The translations under genes and the position numbers were made by a program. Under the pieces are notes generated by a model. That model was not told the DNA's origin. It saw only the letters and a list, made by a program, of their open reading frames with translations, and made no database searches. From positions 1-64,000 of the IMG/VR virus record IMGVR_UViG_3300018080_000105: 64,000 nucleotides of DNA; one strand, given 5' to 3'. Positions 1-10,364 of this stretch are shown piece by piece; within the stretch, counting starts at the first letter, position 1; every line of letters starts with the position of its first letter. The stretch is from a virus.

Positions 1-401
1 ATGTACAGGCCTGAAGGAAGGCCATCGACATTCGCCAGTCGTCCAATGACAATTTTTCCAACGCTGTCGTCGTAATCATCGGAACCAGCCAGGGCGTAGC
101 TACGGTTCTCTTCGTGCGCGTCCTTCGGAATACTTACACTGGCAACGGTGGGGTAGTCGGACCCGTCATCGTAGCCAAGCGTGATGGTATAGCCGGTGGG
201 ATAGATCCCTAACGTTTTGAGGTAAAACTTTTCCGGTTGCACGTTCAAACCGGCATGCACCGGAAAGTCGAGCCCTACTATGAAATCGTCCGGAATCGTG
301 ATCGATGCGGAGTCATCTTCGGCCGTACCCCAATCCGCCAGCGGGTAGGACCGCTGGCTGTTGTGGTTCAGCCATTGCAGATTGAAATTACCGACAGGCA
401 T
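1..401 (-). CDS. Virion structural protein (baseplate/fibre region), runs off the left edge
   Basis: Not in the ORF track. Manual translation from ATG at 401 with GGAGG RBS: MPVGNFNLQWLNHNSQRSYPLADWG..., open to position 1; follows the 622 aa gene. Confidence 0.7.
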   Translation of the reverse strand, partial: MPVGNFNLQWLNHNSQRSYPLADWGTAEDDSASITIPDDFIVGLDFPVHAGLNVQPEKFYLKTLGIYPTGYTITLGYDDGSDYPTVASVSIPKDAHEENRSYALAGSDDYDDSVGKIVIGRLANVDGLPSGLY

Positions 402-416
402 TGCGACCCTCCTGGT

Positions 417-2285
417 CTACGATCCGGCAACGATGACCCCACTGGGACGAAGCAGTCCGATGTCGTTGTTGTACTCCGGTACTGCGAAATCTTCTCGGGT
501 CATCGTAATAAACACGGTGTCGCCCGCACTCACCGCGAACTCGCTGCTCTCCACTTCAATAGCGTTGTCTGCTGGCAGATCTGTACCACCGCCGTCGTAG
601 TCATCGGTAGGCGTCACAATATCGTAGGTCAGCGATGTCGTTGACGGCGGTACCGATGTCGGTGTCCCGGCCGTCGGCCGAGCCACGCGGGCATAGACCA
701 TCAGGATTCCGGAGAACGGACCTGTGGCGCGGCCAAAGACTTGTGTACGGATCTTCATCTGCGGATTGGTGGGCAACCCGGCCGGCGGGACACGGAACTC
801 CATGATCAATGAAGAATCACGGCCCGGCGGGAAGGCCAAGTAGGTCATACCACCCAATTCGCGTTCCAGCGTATCATTCAGTTTCGTGATGTGCGGCAGT
901 AGCTCTCGCTCTGTCGGGTCCGTGACGACGTCCACCGTGATAAGCCCACGATGGATCATTGGGTTAGACTCGCTCTCGACCTCTTCCGGGTCGGTCAACT
1001 CCTGGTTGCTGCCGGTCAGTTGCACGGCGTCAGATCCGGCAATCAACCCTTCCGCCACCCACCCGCGATTGAAGCTGAGTGTGTTATCGTCAAGTGACTT
1101 GAAAACGTTGCCGCCACGTTCATTTTCGTCCTGCACCATCGCATCGGTATCGAGTGAGGCGTACAGGTCTCCTGTGGTGGCGTCTGCGCCCTCGCAGTCC
1201 ACAAACCGTAGCGGGGCGCCCGCAGCTGGCTGCAGACTGGTGACCACGCTTTTGTCGGTCGCAAATGTCATTTTCAGGAAAGACAAGACCACACGCACCG
1301 GGGGTTCGAGCGGACAGCTTTCGCTGGATGTCGTGTCGTTGGTAGTGCTCCACGGCACCTGGTTGTAACAGTTCGTCATCCACCAGATACCAAACTTGTC
1401 GATCGTGATGTAATCGGACGGTACCCGTTCCAGGCCCTCGAATCGTTCAATCTCTGTCAGACTCGGCTGGTGCATCTCGATGATTGCGGCAGAGATGGGT
1501 ACCGGCGGCCAAACATTGTTCAGGGCGGTATGCGCGGCCATGTTGTAGCCGAACATGGCACCTTCCGGAGCGTTACCATTGAACGAGGCGTCATCCGCCG
1601 GCAGCCACCCCATCTGGGCGCTGTCCGCTGACGTGATCGTATGAGGGTTGCCGGCCGACGGGGGTGTGTGCGTACCCGCTGGTTCGGCTGTCAGATCAAA
1701 CTCGTAGTGGATGTGGTCTTCAAGGAAGTCCCGCATCTGCGGATTGATGTACACCCACGAAGCTGTCTCACAGTCATCGGCCGGGCCAAGCACGTAAAGC
1801 ACTGCCACGCTTACCGGTGGCCGCTGAGAGACCAGCTTACCGGGGTTGGCTGATGACAGGTAATACCGTCCAGGCGCGGTCGTACCGTCGATCATAGATT
1901 CCAGCACGTCATTACTGACCTGCACCATACCGACAAGGCCGATCGTACCAGCGGTGGACGATTCCTTGGTCACACAGATTCCGAGGCAATCAGACGATGC
2001 CGTTGGAAGCAGTGAGTTGACCTCTTCGTTTTCCACTACACCAGCGAGCGCTCGATCGAATCGCTTGTTTTCGTCATCCCAATAGACCGCGTCACCTTCC
2101 ACGACATCGACAGCCACGGCTTGCTCCCGGCGTACCAGGAGCTGCCCAGCCTCGATTGCGTCGATGACGGCTTTGAGATAATTGGTTCGCGCTTCCAGGT
2201 CTCGGGTTGAGGCACTGGTGTTGCCTGCACTGACCGCAGAGTTCGGTTGTACATGGCTGACGCGACTTGGAAAGTTGCTGCTCAT
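417..2285 (-). CDS. Tail fibre or baseplate-attached structural protein (622 aa)
   Basis: N-terminal RTNYLKAVI resembles tail-fibre N-terminal anchors; acidic, beta-rich composition; lies downstream of the baseplate wedge genes. Confidence 0.55.
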   Translation of the reverse strand: MSSNFPSRVSHVQPNSAVSAGNTSASTRDLEARTNYLKAVIDAIEAGQLLVRREQAVAVDVVEGDAVYWDDENKRFDRALAGVVENEEVNSLLPTASSDCLGICVTKESSTAGTIGLVGMVQVSNDVLESMIDGTTAPGRYYLSSANPGKLVSQRPPVSVAVLYVLGPADDCETASWVYINPQMRDFLEDHIHYEFDLTAEPAGTHTPPSAGNPHTITSADSAQMGWLPADDASFNGNAPEGAMFGYNMAAHTALNNVWPPVPISAAIIEMHQPSLTEIERFEGLERVPSDYITIDKFGIWWMTNCYNQVPWSTTNDTTSSESCPLEPPVRVVLSFLKMTFATDKSVVTSLQPAAGAPLRFVDCEGADATTGDLYASLDTDAMVQDENERGGNVFKSLDDNTLSFNRGWVAEGLIAGSDAVQLTGSNQELTDPEEVESESNPMIHRGLITVDVVTDPTERELLPHITKLNDTLERELGGMTYLAFPPGRDSSLIMEFRVPPAGLPTNPQMKIRTQVFGRATGPFSGILMVYARVARPTAGTPTSVPPSTTSLTYDIVTPTDDYDGGGTDLPADNAIEVESSEFAVSAGDTVFITMTREDFAVPEYNNDIGLLRPSGVIVAGS

Positions 2286-2294
2286 GTCGAACTC

Positions 2295-2936
2295 CTATTC
2301 AAACGAGACGTCCCAGGTGATTCCGATTTGACTGGAGGCGAGCTTCAGGGTTTGGTTCCCGGTTGCGAAGTACGTGCGGGCTACGACTACGTCCTGTGTG
2401 GGATCTGCAAAGTCCGGCGTAGCTACGAGTGCCACTCCGAAGACTTTGGAATTGGCCCCGGCACTGAATGATTTCCCGTGAAACCCGGTTGAACCCTGGC
2501 TCTGGGTGTAGAACGTGGCCTGGTTACCATCGACCCCTGCCGTGAAGTAGTCTTCAAAACCAGCGGCAATCGAAATGCCGGGCTCTACCAATAGAGGGGC
2601 GCGGATGAAGTCCCGGTTGGCGCTGAGCGACAAGTCGGCGTAGTAATCGTAGCCTTCGTCGCGCCCGTATGTCGGAACAGCGACCGTATCACCCGGAGAG
2701 GCGACGTTCTCGTATTCGATGTAAATCGCGTTGACTTTGAAGTTACGGTTGCCTTTGGCAATACATTGGGCTGCTACAGTGCCCCAGCCGTACTGGATCT
2801 GGTTGGCCTGTGAAAACAAATGCTCCTCTCGGGAAGGTCGATGTTCAGGCTTACGGCCGCGGTCACGTATGTTGTGACAAATACGACTGACGCTGATTCG
2901 CCCGTTGGGCCGGGCGATTCTATCCTGCGTATCCAT
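2295..2936 (-). CDS. Baseplate/tail structural protein (~213 aa; start moved to MDTQDR)
   Basis: GGAGG RBS before ATG at 2936; position between wedge and fibre genes. Confidence 0.55.
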   Translation of the reverse strand: MDTQDRIARPNGRISVSRICHNIRDRGRKPEHRPSREEHLFSQANQIQYGWGTVAAQCIAKGNRNFKVNAIYIEYENVASPGDTVAVPTYGRDEGYDYYADLSLSANRDFIRAPLLVEPGISIAAGFEDYFTAGVDGNQATFYTQSQGSTGFHGKSFSAGANSKVFGVALVATPDFADPTQDVVVARTYFATGNQTLKLASSQIGITWDVSFE

Positions 2937-2949
2937 GATTGCCTCCTGC

Positions 2950-4554
2950 TTATTGACAGGTTCCATTGACGATTCGGACGGCCACTCGCTGATCAGAGAC
3001 CAGTGAAACCGGTACGCTGTCTGCCAGCGGCTCCATCCCTGTAAACAAAGACAGCTCTTCGTCAATTTGGGTTACTGTAACGGAATCGGCTGCCACAGTC
3101 AGGTCCACTATTACGAGCATGGCACTGTGTGGCGGAGCGATTTTTCTCAGAAGTTGGGCATTTCCCAGTCCTGTCCCGTTTTGAGCTGCTGCCGCTTTGA
3201 TGCGAACGATCCACGCATTGTTGCGTAGCACGTTCTCCACCAGAAACTGCAAAGGATTGATTGTCGCGGGCAGGTGGGCAGCCTTGGGTTCGCCGATCCG
3301 CTCCTGTCGAGTGTCCAGCAGGTGTGCGATGGTCCCTACGCGGGCGTAGGTCGTCTCCTCGTCACAGTCATTTGCCGGGTAGGTAATCTTTTCTTCACCA
3401 GCACAGTCGTCCACGCCGGCTTCAGCTGCCTCGACGCCACGAGCGTGCATATCATCGAAAAACTGGGCTACGTCAAGAGGGAACCCGCCGAGTGGCCAGC
3501 TCACTTTTGTGTAACCCGAGGGGTGGTCAGTCTCAACGGTAATTGGAAGATCTTGATTTTCAAAGACCAGGTCCGAGTAGTAGCACGTGGCTAGCATCCC
3601 CTCACCAAGAGCGAGGGCCGCCAAGTCTGTCGGCGTCGTCCCCGTATTCAGCTCGTAAATTCGCAGGGCGTCAGTCAGCACGTCGCAGCGTTGTACTGTG
3701 TCACCTACTTCGACAATCGGGGTGGCGTCCAAACCGTACGTGTAAACATGCTGGTCAGTGATGATTAACAGCTTGTCGGCATCTGCGGTGATGTCTTCCA
3801 CGACTTCTGTGGTTTCTCTCACCAACGGTACACCTGTCATCGCTGACAATGCCAGTTTCATCGCCCCGCGAGTCGGGCCACCAACCATGCCGTCGTAGAT
3901 CGCGTTCATGACGTCACGGTAACCGGCGCTGGATGCCATCCGGAGCCCGAGTACATATCCGAATTGGCGATACACGGTGTCCCAGTCAAACTGGCCTTGA
4001 AACACCCAGATCAACGCCTCTGTGTCTACAGCGACGCCATCTTCGTACAGCGTCCGTTTGGCGACGCGCACATCATTGAACGGGTTATTCAAGAAGACCA
4101 CAGCATCATCTTCCAGAATGAAATCAATGCCGGGACTCAGGACCAGTGTAGGGTCTGCAAACCGATTCATCAGCAACGGGATCTCAACAAGATCTGCTGG
4201 TTTTGGGAACGAGTACAAAGGCGTCGGCCGCGGTGCGTCGTATTGGTGCCCGTCCCCGTAGTCAGTGCTGCTATCAAATTGCAGCATGGCACTGTCTGGA
4301 GTATTCAGTTCGCTCTGTTTCAGATACAGCGGGTACCAGTTGCTGGTGTGGTAAATAGGAACCGAAAAACGACTGAGGGAAGAGATCAACTCCAGCAGGT
4401 CCAACATGGTCTGCGTTTCAGCTTGGCATTTGGCGTCAACTAGCGCACTGACTTGGTCCCGCGCAGCATACTCGTCCACCCACCACGAACCGAGGACGGA
4501 GAGCAGATTCTCTGGACGATCGTAAACTGATTCCGGGAAGACGAATCCAGCCAT
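2950..4554 (-). CDS. Baseplate wedge protein (P2 gpI / T4 gp7-like position)
   Basis: Directly after the baseplate-J-like gene with a shared stop/start base; size and composition fit. Confidence 0.55.
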   Translation of the reverse strand: MAGFVFPESVYDRPENLLSVLGSWWVDEYAARDQVSALVDAKCQAETQTMLDLLELISSLSRFSVPIYHTSNWYPLYLKQSELNTPDSAMLQFDSSTDYGDGHQYDAPRPTPLYSFPKPADLVEIPLLMNRFADPTLVLSPGIDFILEDDAVVFLNNPFNDVRVAKRTLYEDGVAVDTEALIWVFQGQFDWDTVYRQFGYVLGLRMASSAGYRDVMNAIYDGMVGGPTRGAMKLALSAMTGVPLVRETTEVVEDITADADKLLIITDQHVYTYGLDATPIVEVGDTVQRCDVLTDALRIYELNTGTTPTDLAALALGEGMLATCYYSDLVFENQDLPITVETDHPSGYTKVSWPLGGFPLDVAQFFDDMHARGVEAAEAGVDDCAGEEKITYPANDCDEETTYARVGTIAHLLDTRQERIGEPKAAHLPATINPLQFLVENVLRNNAWIVRIKAAAAQNGTGLGNAQLLRKIAPPHSAMLVIVDLTVAADSVTVTQIDEELSLFTGMEPLADSVPVSLVSDQRVAVRIVNGTCQ

Positions 4555-6191
4555 TAAGTGCTCCTGTTGACAACGCTAAGCCCTACGTCCTCCGCGTAGA
4601 GAATGAATGCGGTCGTGTTCGGTGTAACCAATGTGCTCGGAGAGTCTGGAAGTGACAGAACTTGACTGTCTCGCACAACGGTCGTTTCACCATCTGGCCG
4701 CAGAATCACACCGTGCATGTCCAACGGACCAACGGCCTGGCTTCCGCTCAGATAGTTGTGGATCACATCCAGGATCTGTGAGGCATACAGCGTTCCTGGA
4801 AAGTTTAGGTTATTGACGTAGTTGGCTACCGCCGCCCGGATGTCGTTAAGTAGCGGGGCGGATTCATTGGAGTCCTTGACAATGTCACAGTTGATACTGA
4901 GGAAGCAGGGGACAGCCGCTTTGACCAAAATGTCCGAATTCAGTGGCCGATAGGCTTCGCCGGACAAAAACTCTTGGATCTCGCGGATCAACGGTTGTGC
5001 TCGAACATCCGCCACGTAAGCACCCGTATCACCGACAGTCATGTCTGTTACGTCAGTCAGTGTGTCAGCAAAGCGAATGACAGCCGTTTGGTACCGAGAG
5101 AATGCGGCTTCAATCGTCGTCACGATATCCGGGTTCCAGGCGTCGTCATCGAAATCAAAGCCACGCTCGTCGTACGTGAGAGCAAAGCCATCCACGTCTA
5201 CCGGGTCTTCTGCCCGCCGTACAGTACGTACATCATAAAAGCCCGGCAACGAGTCGCGGTCCAGCGTGAACTGCCAGATCGAATCAGTGGCCCGCTTCTC
5301 GACCAGTGCCGCTGTCACGTTCAGCTTTACCGTCTGTGGCAGTGCATCGTTGTGAGCGTACACGTCTGTCCGGCCGCCGCCGGAGACAGGGAAGATCCAG
5401 TGCTGATCACGGGTCATCTCGGGGTCACCATAACCCACGATCGACAGGTGTTTGATGTCCGCGAATACAGGCTGATCTTTTACCAGCGACTCAATGTTCA
5501 AGCGGCCAGCAGCCACCTTGGCCGGGATACCGGTCTGCATGCGTGCAACCAGCTCTGTATTCGTTTCGTCCGACGTGCCTCCGGTAAAGTCTGCGGTAGC
5601 GAACGATGTCACATACCGTGGCGGTTCCGGGTTCGGCGTGAAGCGGGAGCCCGACTGCACATTGCCTTCCTCTCCAACTTCTACCGCGGTGGCTGGCACC
5701 GTGAATTCATAAGAGCCGTCTCCGCGGTCAGTCAGCACACGGTCATTGATGTTGGTCGTGGTCGACCCGGTTGGTAAGGCCGTAATAGGAGCGTCTACCT
5801 GGAACTCTACACCGTTGGCTGTGTAAGAGGCACCGGCACCGATCACAACAGCAGAGTTACCTTCTACAACGATCGTGACGTCCCCGGCCGCACGTTCCCC
5901 CGTCCTGCGGCTAATCAGGTAGTTGGACAGCAGATGGTCCACCAGTTCTGGGTCCGCCAATTGCGGGTTGGTTTCCAATGCGAGCAACGAGCGAGACTCC
6001 AGGACGCGGTTGATCTCAGTTCGGTTGATGGCCGTGTTGATAGAACCGAAGAATTGCACAATGTCATGGATGACACCGCGCTTCAGTTCCACTTCCGGGT
6101 ATTTCTCCTGGATCATCTGCGAAAGCTCAGCCTGGATCGCTTCCACCTGGTCAGCGCTGAGTTCGTCGATGCTGGTTACTGTCAGGGCCAT
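4554..6191 (-). CDS. Baseplate J / T4 gp6 / Mu gp47-like wedge protein
   Basis: Typical pattern: ISRRTGERAAGDVT, FTVPATAVEVGEEGNV, FTGGTSDETNTELVAR, then a C-terminal wedge domain. Confidence 0.85.
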   Translation of the reverse strand: MALTVTSIDELSADQVEAIQAELSQMIQEKYPEVELKRGVIHDIVQFFGSINTAINRTEINRVLESRSLLALETNPQLADPELVDHLLSNYLISRRTGERAAGDVTIVVEGNSAVVIGAGASYTANGVEFQVDAPITALPTGSTTTNINDRVLTDRGDGSYEFTVPATAVEVGEEGNVQSGSRFTPNPEPPRYVTSFATADFTGGTSDETNTELVARMQTGIPAKVAAGRLNIESLVKDQPVFADIKHLSIVGYGDPEMTRDQHWIFPVSGGGRTDVYAHNDALPQTVKLNVTAALVEKRATDSIWQFTLDRDSLPGFYDVRTVRRAEDPVDVDGFALTYDERGFDFDDDAWNPDIVTTIEAAFSRYQTAVIRFADTLTDVTDMTVGDTGAYVADVRAQPLIREIQEFLSGEAYRPLNSDILVKAAVPCFLSINCDIVKDSNESAPLLNDIRAAVANYVNNLNFPGTLYASQILDVIHNYLSGSQAVGPLDMHGVILRPDGETTVVRDSQVLSLPDSPSTLVTPNTTAFILYAEDVGLSVVNRST

Positions 6192-6201
6192 ACCTGGGCT
6201 C

Positions 6202-6687
6202 CTACAACGAAAGGTTCACGGGCGTAATGGAGATCGGGAGAATGACTTTTCGAGAGTCTCCTGCTCTGCTGGTCAACGTGACACCCAATTCCAACTGGCC
6301 AGGAGCCAGCCCAATCTCGTCAAGGCTCACGCTGCCAAACCGCTCCTCGTCCGGCATTGTGTCATCTTCTTCCAGCAACAACTGCGTACGAGTCTGCTCA
6401 GCAGCGAAGCCAAAGTAGGCCGTGACGTCATATTCGGTTCGCAGAATACCGCTGCGAGCCCACGTCATGAATTCACTGCCACGTGTTGCCATGTGAAAGC
6501 CCATAGACCCTTGCTCGGTCATGAACTCCAGCAACCAACGCTGCGCGAGCTTCTGTATGCCGGTACAGACTTCGCCGCCAACATCAGCCCCAAACAATGA
6601 CTGTTCGAGATTGATGTCGCCGCGAGATTCTGCCCCGCGAAACGCGAGTACATCAAAGAGGCGGCCGGCGTAGTCAGATGCACTCAT
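6202..6687 (-). CDS. gp25/gpW-like baseplate wedge (sheath initiator)
   Basis: TGIQKLAQRWLLEFMTEQGS...RGSEF and PDEERFGSVSLDEI...LELGVTLTSRAG pattern; upstream of the J-like gene. Confidence 0.7.
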   Translation of the reverse strand: MSASDYAGRLFDVLAFRGAESRGDINLEQSLFGADVGGEVCTGIQKLAQRWLLEFMTEQGSMGFHMATRGSEFMTWARSGILRTEYDVTAYFGFAAEQTRTQLLLEEDDTMPDEERFGSVSLDEIGLAPGQLELGVTLTSRAGDSRKVILPISITPVNLSL

Positions 6688-7151
6688 TAAGCTCCTCCGG
6701 CCGCGATGATTGATGTAATTTCCCGTTCCACTCCTTTACCAGCGGCCCACAGGATGCCCTTGCCCTGGCCTCGTCGCCGTCCGTGCCCGAGGCACATAGC
6801 CCGACACAGGCTCATGTGCCGGTGGCGAAAAGCTCGTTCTTCCATGGCGTTGTAATCAATTTGGAGCTTCAGGGCGATAACATCTCCGGTGGTGCCGGCG
6901 TTTGCTGGGTCATTTGTCGCACTATCGTACTCGTTGTTCATGTCCTCCCGCTCGAAAGCCGGCTCGTGCAGCTTCTCGACCTCCAGCAGTGATGTGCTCA
7001 TTTCTTCAGGAATTTGCCAGGATCGCTGGCCGTTTCCCTGAAAAGCATCCTGCATCGCATCAGCATTCTTCTGCAGCTCACGGAGCCGCTTTGTGAATGT
7101 GACGGAAACACTTGCCTTAGTTGTGCCGCGAGGGCCGCCTCCAGCTGTCAT
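6687..7151 (-). CDS. Hypothetical protein (154 aa)
   Basis: Coupled to both neighbours by overlapping stop/start codons. Confidence 0.6.
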   Translation of the reverse strand: MTAGGGPRGTTKASVSVTFTKRLRELQKNADAMQDAFQGNGQRSWQIPEEMSTSLLEVEKLHEPAFEREDMNNEYDSATNDPANAGTTGDVIALKLQIDYNAMEERAFRHRHMSLCRAMCLGHGRRRGQGKGILWAAGKGVEREITSIIAAGGA

Positions 7152-7954
7152 GCTCCACCTCCGAAGACGTTGTTCGTGGTGCGTTCATCCAACATCGCCT
7201 GGATCTTGGCTTTTCGCTGACTAATTGCTCCTGCGGAAAGACCTAGCCGCTGTGCGATTTGCTGGGTGCTCAATTGCGGCGAGCCCCGCAACCCGAGTGA
7301 GTAATCCATGATGGCCTGGTCGACACGCCCCAGGTCATGATAGACCATGTCCTGCCAGGCGTCTGCCGCACTGGTGTCGCCAGGAATATGAGATGCTGGG
7401 GAATACGGCATACCCGCGTCGTCCAGGATAGAGCCCGTGTTCGTGGCTCCGTGCGCTCCTCGCACGTATCCGATCCGCTTCAGCGACAATCCGGTGTAAT
7501 CGGCGATCTCTGCGTCACTGGGTGCCCGGCCCAGTTCGTCCTGTAGCTGCTGCTCCGCCTGTGACAGGTGCTGACGGTCAAGAGCCACGCGTTCCGGGAT
7601 ACTGATGACTTGGGCTGACTGGGCTGACGTACGTTGCAGACGCCGCAGATTGGCCAGTAGATGGTTCTCCATACTGCCGCGGTTGGGGTCGTATGTCTGG
7701 AATGCCTGCATTGCCAACAACTTGGCCTGACTTCGCGCTGCCGGGCCGGGGTTCTTGCCAGCATAGCTTTTGACGCCCTTGTCGATAGTCGGCTGCATCA
7801 CCCGCAGCAGTTGCCCGCGGCTCTTCGGCGTGTCGTTGTCTTTCCACGCGGTATAGGCTTCGTCGATCTTCGGCGCGGGCGTTGCTTTGCCGCCAGAACC
7901 AAATGGTAGTTCGGGGTCGAGGATCGATTTTGGCAGGTTGCTGTATGCTGGCAT
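7148..7954 (-). CDS. Sigma70-family RNA polymerase sigma factor (regions 2, 3, 4; FliA/SigB-like size)
   Basis: Region 2 MQAFQTYDPNRGSMENHL; region 3 ISIPER...LQDELGRAPSDAEIADYTGLS; region 4 HTH LSTQQIAQRLGLSAGAISQRKAKI. Confidence 0.88.
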   Translation of the reverse strand: MPAYSNLPKSILDPELPFGSGGKATPAPKIDEAYTAWKDNDTPKSRGQLLRVMQPTIDKGVKSYAGKNPGPAARSQAKLLAMQAFQTYDPNRGSMENHLLANLRRLQRTSAQSAQVISIPERVALDRQHLSQAEQQLQDELGRAPSDAEIADYTGLSLKRIGYVRGAHGATNTGSILDDAGMPYSPASHIPGDTSAADAWQDMVYHDLGRVDQAIMDYSLGLRGSPQLSTQQIAQRLGLSAGAISQRKAKIQAMLDERTTNNVFGGGA

Positions 7955-9585
7955 TATGAGGTCTCCGGTCCTGGTGCGCTAGGTATGAGCTTCGCCCCTC
8001 TCCATGCCTGTTGATACAGCGGAGGACCAGAAATGGCGAAACCGGGTGTATTATTCTCCCCTTCTGTACGGAGGTGATCAATACTGAAGGCTGTCCCTGC
8101 TTGCTGCGACTCAGCGTTGATGGATGTTGTTACCTGCAGCACAGTTCCGTAAACGTCCTGTGACAGCTGGGACTGGTTCGGAATCCCGACCCCGCCTTTT
8201 GCGTTGACACGCACTGTGGAACCCGGGGCGATATCGAACCGGAGCTTGCCGCCGACCTCGCCCATCCGTGCTTTCAGGTTCTCGACAACGTACCACTGCT
8301 CTGCGAACTTGTTCAGCAGAAATTTGTAAGCACTGTCAGCTTCTTTGGGGTCTGGACCGGTAGAGTCCTCACCAGTGCCTTCTTCATCCACGGCGGTGTT
8401 CGTTGTCTGATCATCCCCGATCGCTTCTGCATCGAATGAATGTTGCGGAGCCTGCAGGGTGTCTGTCAGCCACTTCGGTGGCCGCTTCAGCATCACCATG
8501 CCAGCCTCCTGCCCTGCTGGTTCAAACCACCCTGCCAGGCCGCCCCGGTCGATAGGGGTGGTGCCTTGCCCCAGGTCAAGGCCGGTGGCCGAGATCGTCG
8601 GGTGTGTGATGCCGACGCCTTTGAGAATCTGCGACATCTGAACGTTTAGATTCTCAGACGCCCAGTCTTCGCCACCAATGACAGCCCAAGGCTCGCCAGA
8701 CAAAGAGCCCACGTATGGAACAACCAACGCATCTTCGACACGTGGCACCACACAGAACCAGTAAGCAGGTGCCCATTCGCCGATCAGCTTGCCCCACAGG
8801 GTTGTGTTGATCCAGTTCCCGAATGTCTCGTTCGTCAATGCCTGCGTGATACCTGACGCGATCTGACTGGCGTTGTAACTACCGCTCACCAGTTGTAGCG
8901 GGACACCGTCCCCGCCCGGTTTCATACGATCAATCGCATCCAGCACTTTCGGATCGCCGCCGCCCTGTCCGCCGTTGATGGCCACATCGAACGGGTCCAT
9001 CTTGGAGACGGTCTCCATCCATTTGTGCAGCACGTTGCCCCAGATGTCAGACAGCCCTGCCGCCGAAATGGCGTCAAAGTTGATCGACGGCACCCATGAC
9101 GCTCTCGACGCCGCGGCAGTCTGCCCTGTCGGGTCCATCGTCGTGTACACACCTGGGTAAATGAAGTTTGCCGGATTGCCGGGGTGGCTCGTAGCAGATG
9201 CCGCAGAGGCGTAGTTGATATGTGACAACCAGTGCAGCAGATTCAGCCGGAAACGAGCACCGCCGGTCGTCCGCATCCAACCTGCCCCCACTAGCACACC
9301 CTCGAAGACCAACACTTCACTCTGCGGAACGCCGAAGTCTGCCTCAAACTCCGTCACCTGAAACGATCGCAGATAGACACGTGCTTCCATGCGGGGCGCT
9401 AACCCGTCCGCAGCTTGGTGAATGGTCGCCAAACTATCGTCATTAACAGATCGACCCACGGCGACCGTAACGGATGCCATAGGGATGCTGTTCAATGCGA
9501 ACGTACTATCGAAGGCAACGACATCATCAAACACGAAGTCGCCAATGATGGCTCGCAGACGTAGTTTACCACTGGCACTCGACAT
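7954..9585 (-). CDS. Baseplate hub protein (gp27/gpD-like; start moved to MSSASG)
   Basis: Hub-like N-terminus (FDSTFALNSIPMASVTV, VLVFEGVLVG) and C-terminus (GGKLRFDIAPGSTVRV...GTVLQVTTSI); position after the tape measure block. Confidence 0.65.
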   Translation of the reverse strand: MSSASGKLRLRAIIGDFVFDDVVAFDSTFALNSIPMASVTVAVGRSVNDDSLATIHQAADGLAPRMEARVYLRSFQVTEFEADFGVPQSEVLVFEGVLVGAGWMRTTGGARFRLNLLHWLSHINYASAASATSHPGNPANFIYPGVYTTMDPTGQTAAASRASWVPSINFDAISAAGLSDIWGNVLHKWMETVSKMDPFDVAINGGQGGGDPKVLDAIDRMKPGGDGVPLQLVSGSYNASQIASGITQALTNETFGNWINTTLWGKLIGEWAPAYWFCVVPRVEDALVVPYVGSLSGEPWAVIGGEDWASENLNVQMSQILKGVGITHPTISATGLDLGQGTTPIDRGGLAGWFEPAGQEAGMVMLKRPPKWLTDTLQAPQHSFDAEAIGDDQTTNTAVDEEGTGEDSTGPDPKEADSAYKFLLNKFAEQWYVVENLKARMGEVGGKLRFDIAPGSTVRVNAKGGVGIPNQSQLSQDVYGTVLQVTTSINAESQQAGTAFSIDHLRTEGENNTPGFAISGPPLYQQAWRGAKLIPSAPGPETS

Positions 9586-10364
9586 TAAGCAGCCTCCTGC
9601 GGCAACGTAGATGTGTGGCGAGCAATCGCCAGCAACAATGCGGCAAATCGCCATGCTGTTGCTGGGTGCGTCCGCCAGACTTCTTCCCACTCAGAGACAG
9701 GTTCTGCTGCTCCCGGCGGAAACAGTTTCACAATGTCACTGGAACTGAGTGTCTGCGTGACACGAGTCATTAACCGTGACAAGTCCAGCGTCGGACGGGC
9801 AACTGATCGTACCCGTGCTTTGAATCCCGTAACCGCGTCCGCCATGTACAGCAGTAACTGGGAGTCAGGCAGAATCACTGGCGAGCTGGCGTCGAAAGAG
9901 AGTTGCTGACTGATCAACGACCCCCGTCGTAAATCAACGTTAGCTACGCCAGGAGCAGTTACCTCCACATCCCAGATCGCCTCAGTACGCCCCAGGCTGT
10001 AATCGGCTTCGTACACACCGCCGACTGTCACGACAGCGGCAGGCCCTTCCAACCGTGTGACGGTTGTGCCGAACGCCTCAGTGAACAGCTCGGCATTGAA
10101 CGGCAGGTACGTGATACGTCGATCATCCAGAGTTACATCTCGCCCCAGCGGGGTCGCATGTAACAGCTGCATGATCTGTCGTGCCCGGTAATTCAAATAG
10201 ATCCGGTCTGGCTGCGTGCCAAACAGAATCCGTTGAATTCGAGCAATCATACTGTCAGCTTGTCGCGGCACGAAATCGGCAGGGATGTACTCCTCGCCGG
10301 GTGTGTCGAGACCGCTCCCTTCTCGGCTACGATTTAGCAGCAGCGTCCTGACATGGTTAATCAT
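9585..10364 (-). CDS. Hypothetical baseplate-region protein (259 aa)
   Basis: Translationally coupled within the tail operon. Confidence 0.6.
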   Translation of the reverse strand: MINHVRTLLLNRSREGSGLDTPGEEYIPADFVPRQADSMIARIQRILFGTQPDRIYLNYRARQIMQLLHATPLGRDVTLDDRRITYLPFNAELFTEAFGTTVTRLEGPAAVVTVGGVYEADYSLGRTEAIWDVEVTAPGVANVDLRRGSLISQQLSFDASSPVILPDSQLLLYMADAVTGFKARVRSVARPTLDLSRLMTRVTQTLSSSDIVKLFPPGAAEPVSEWEEVWRTHPATAWRFAALLLAIARHTSTLPQEAA

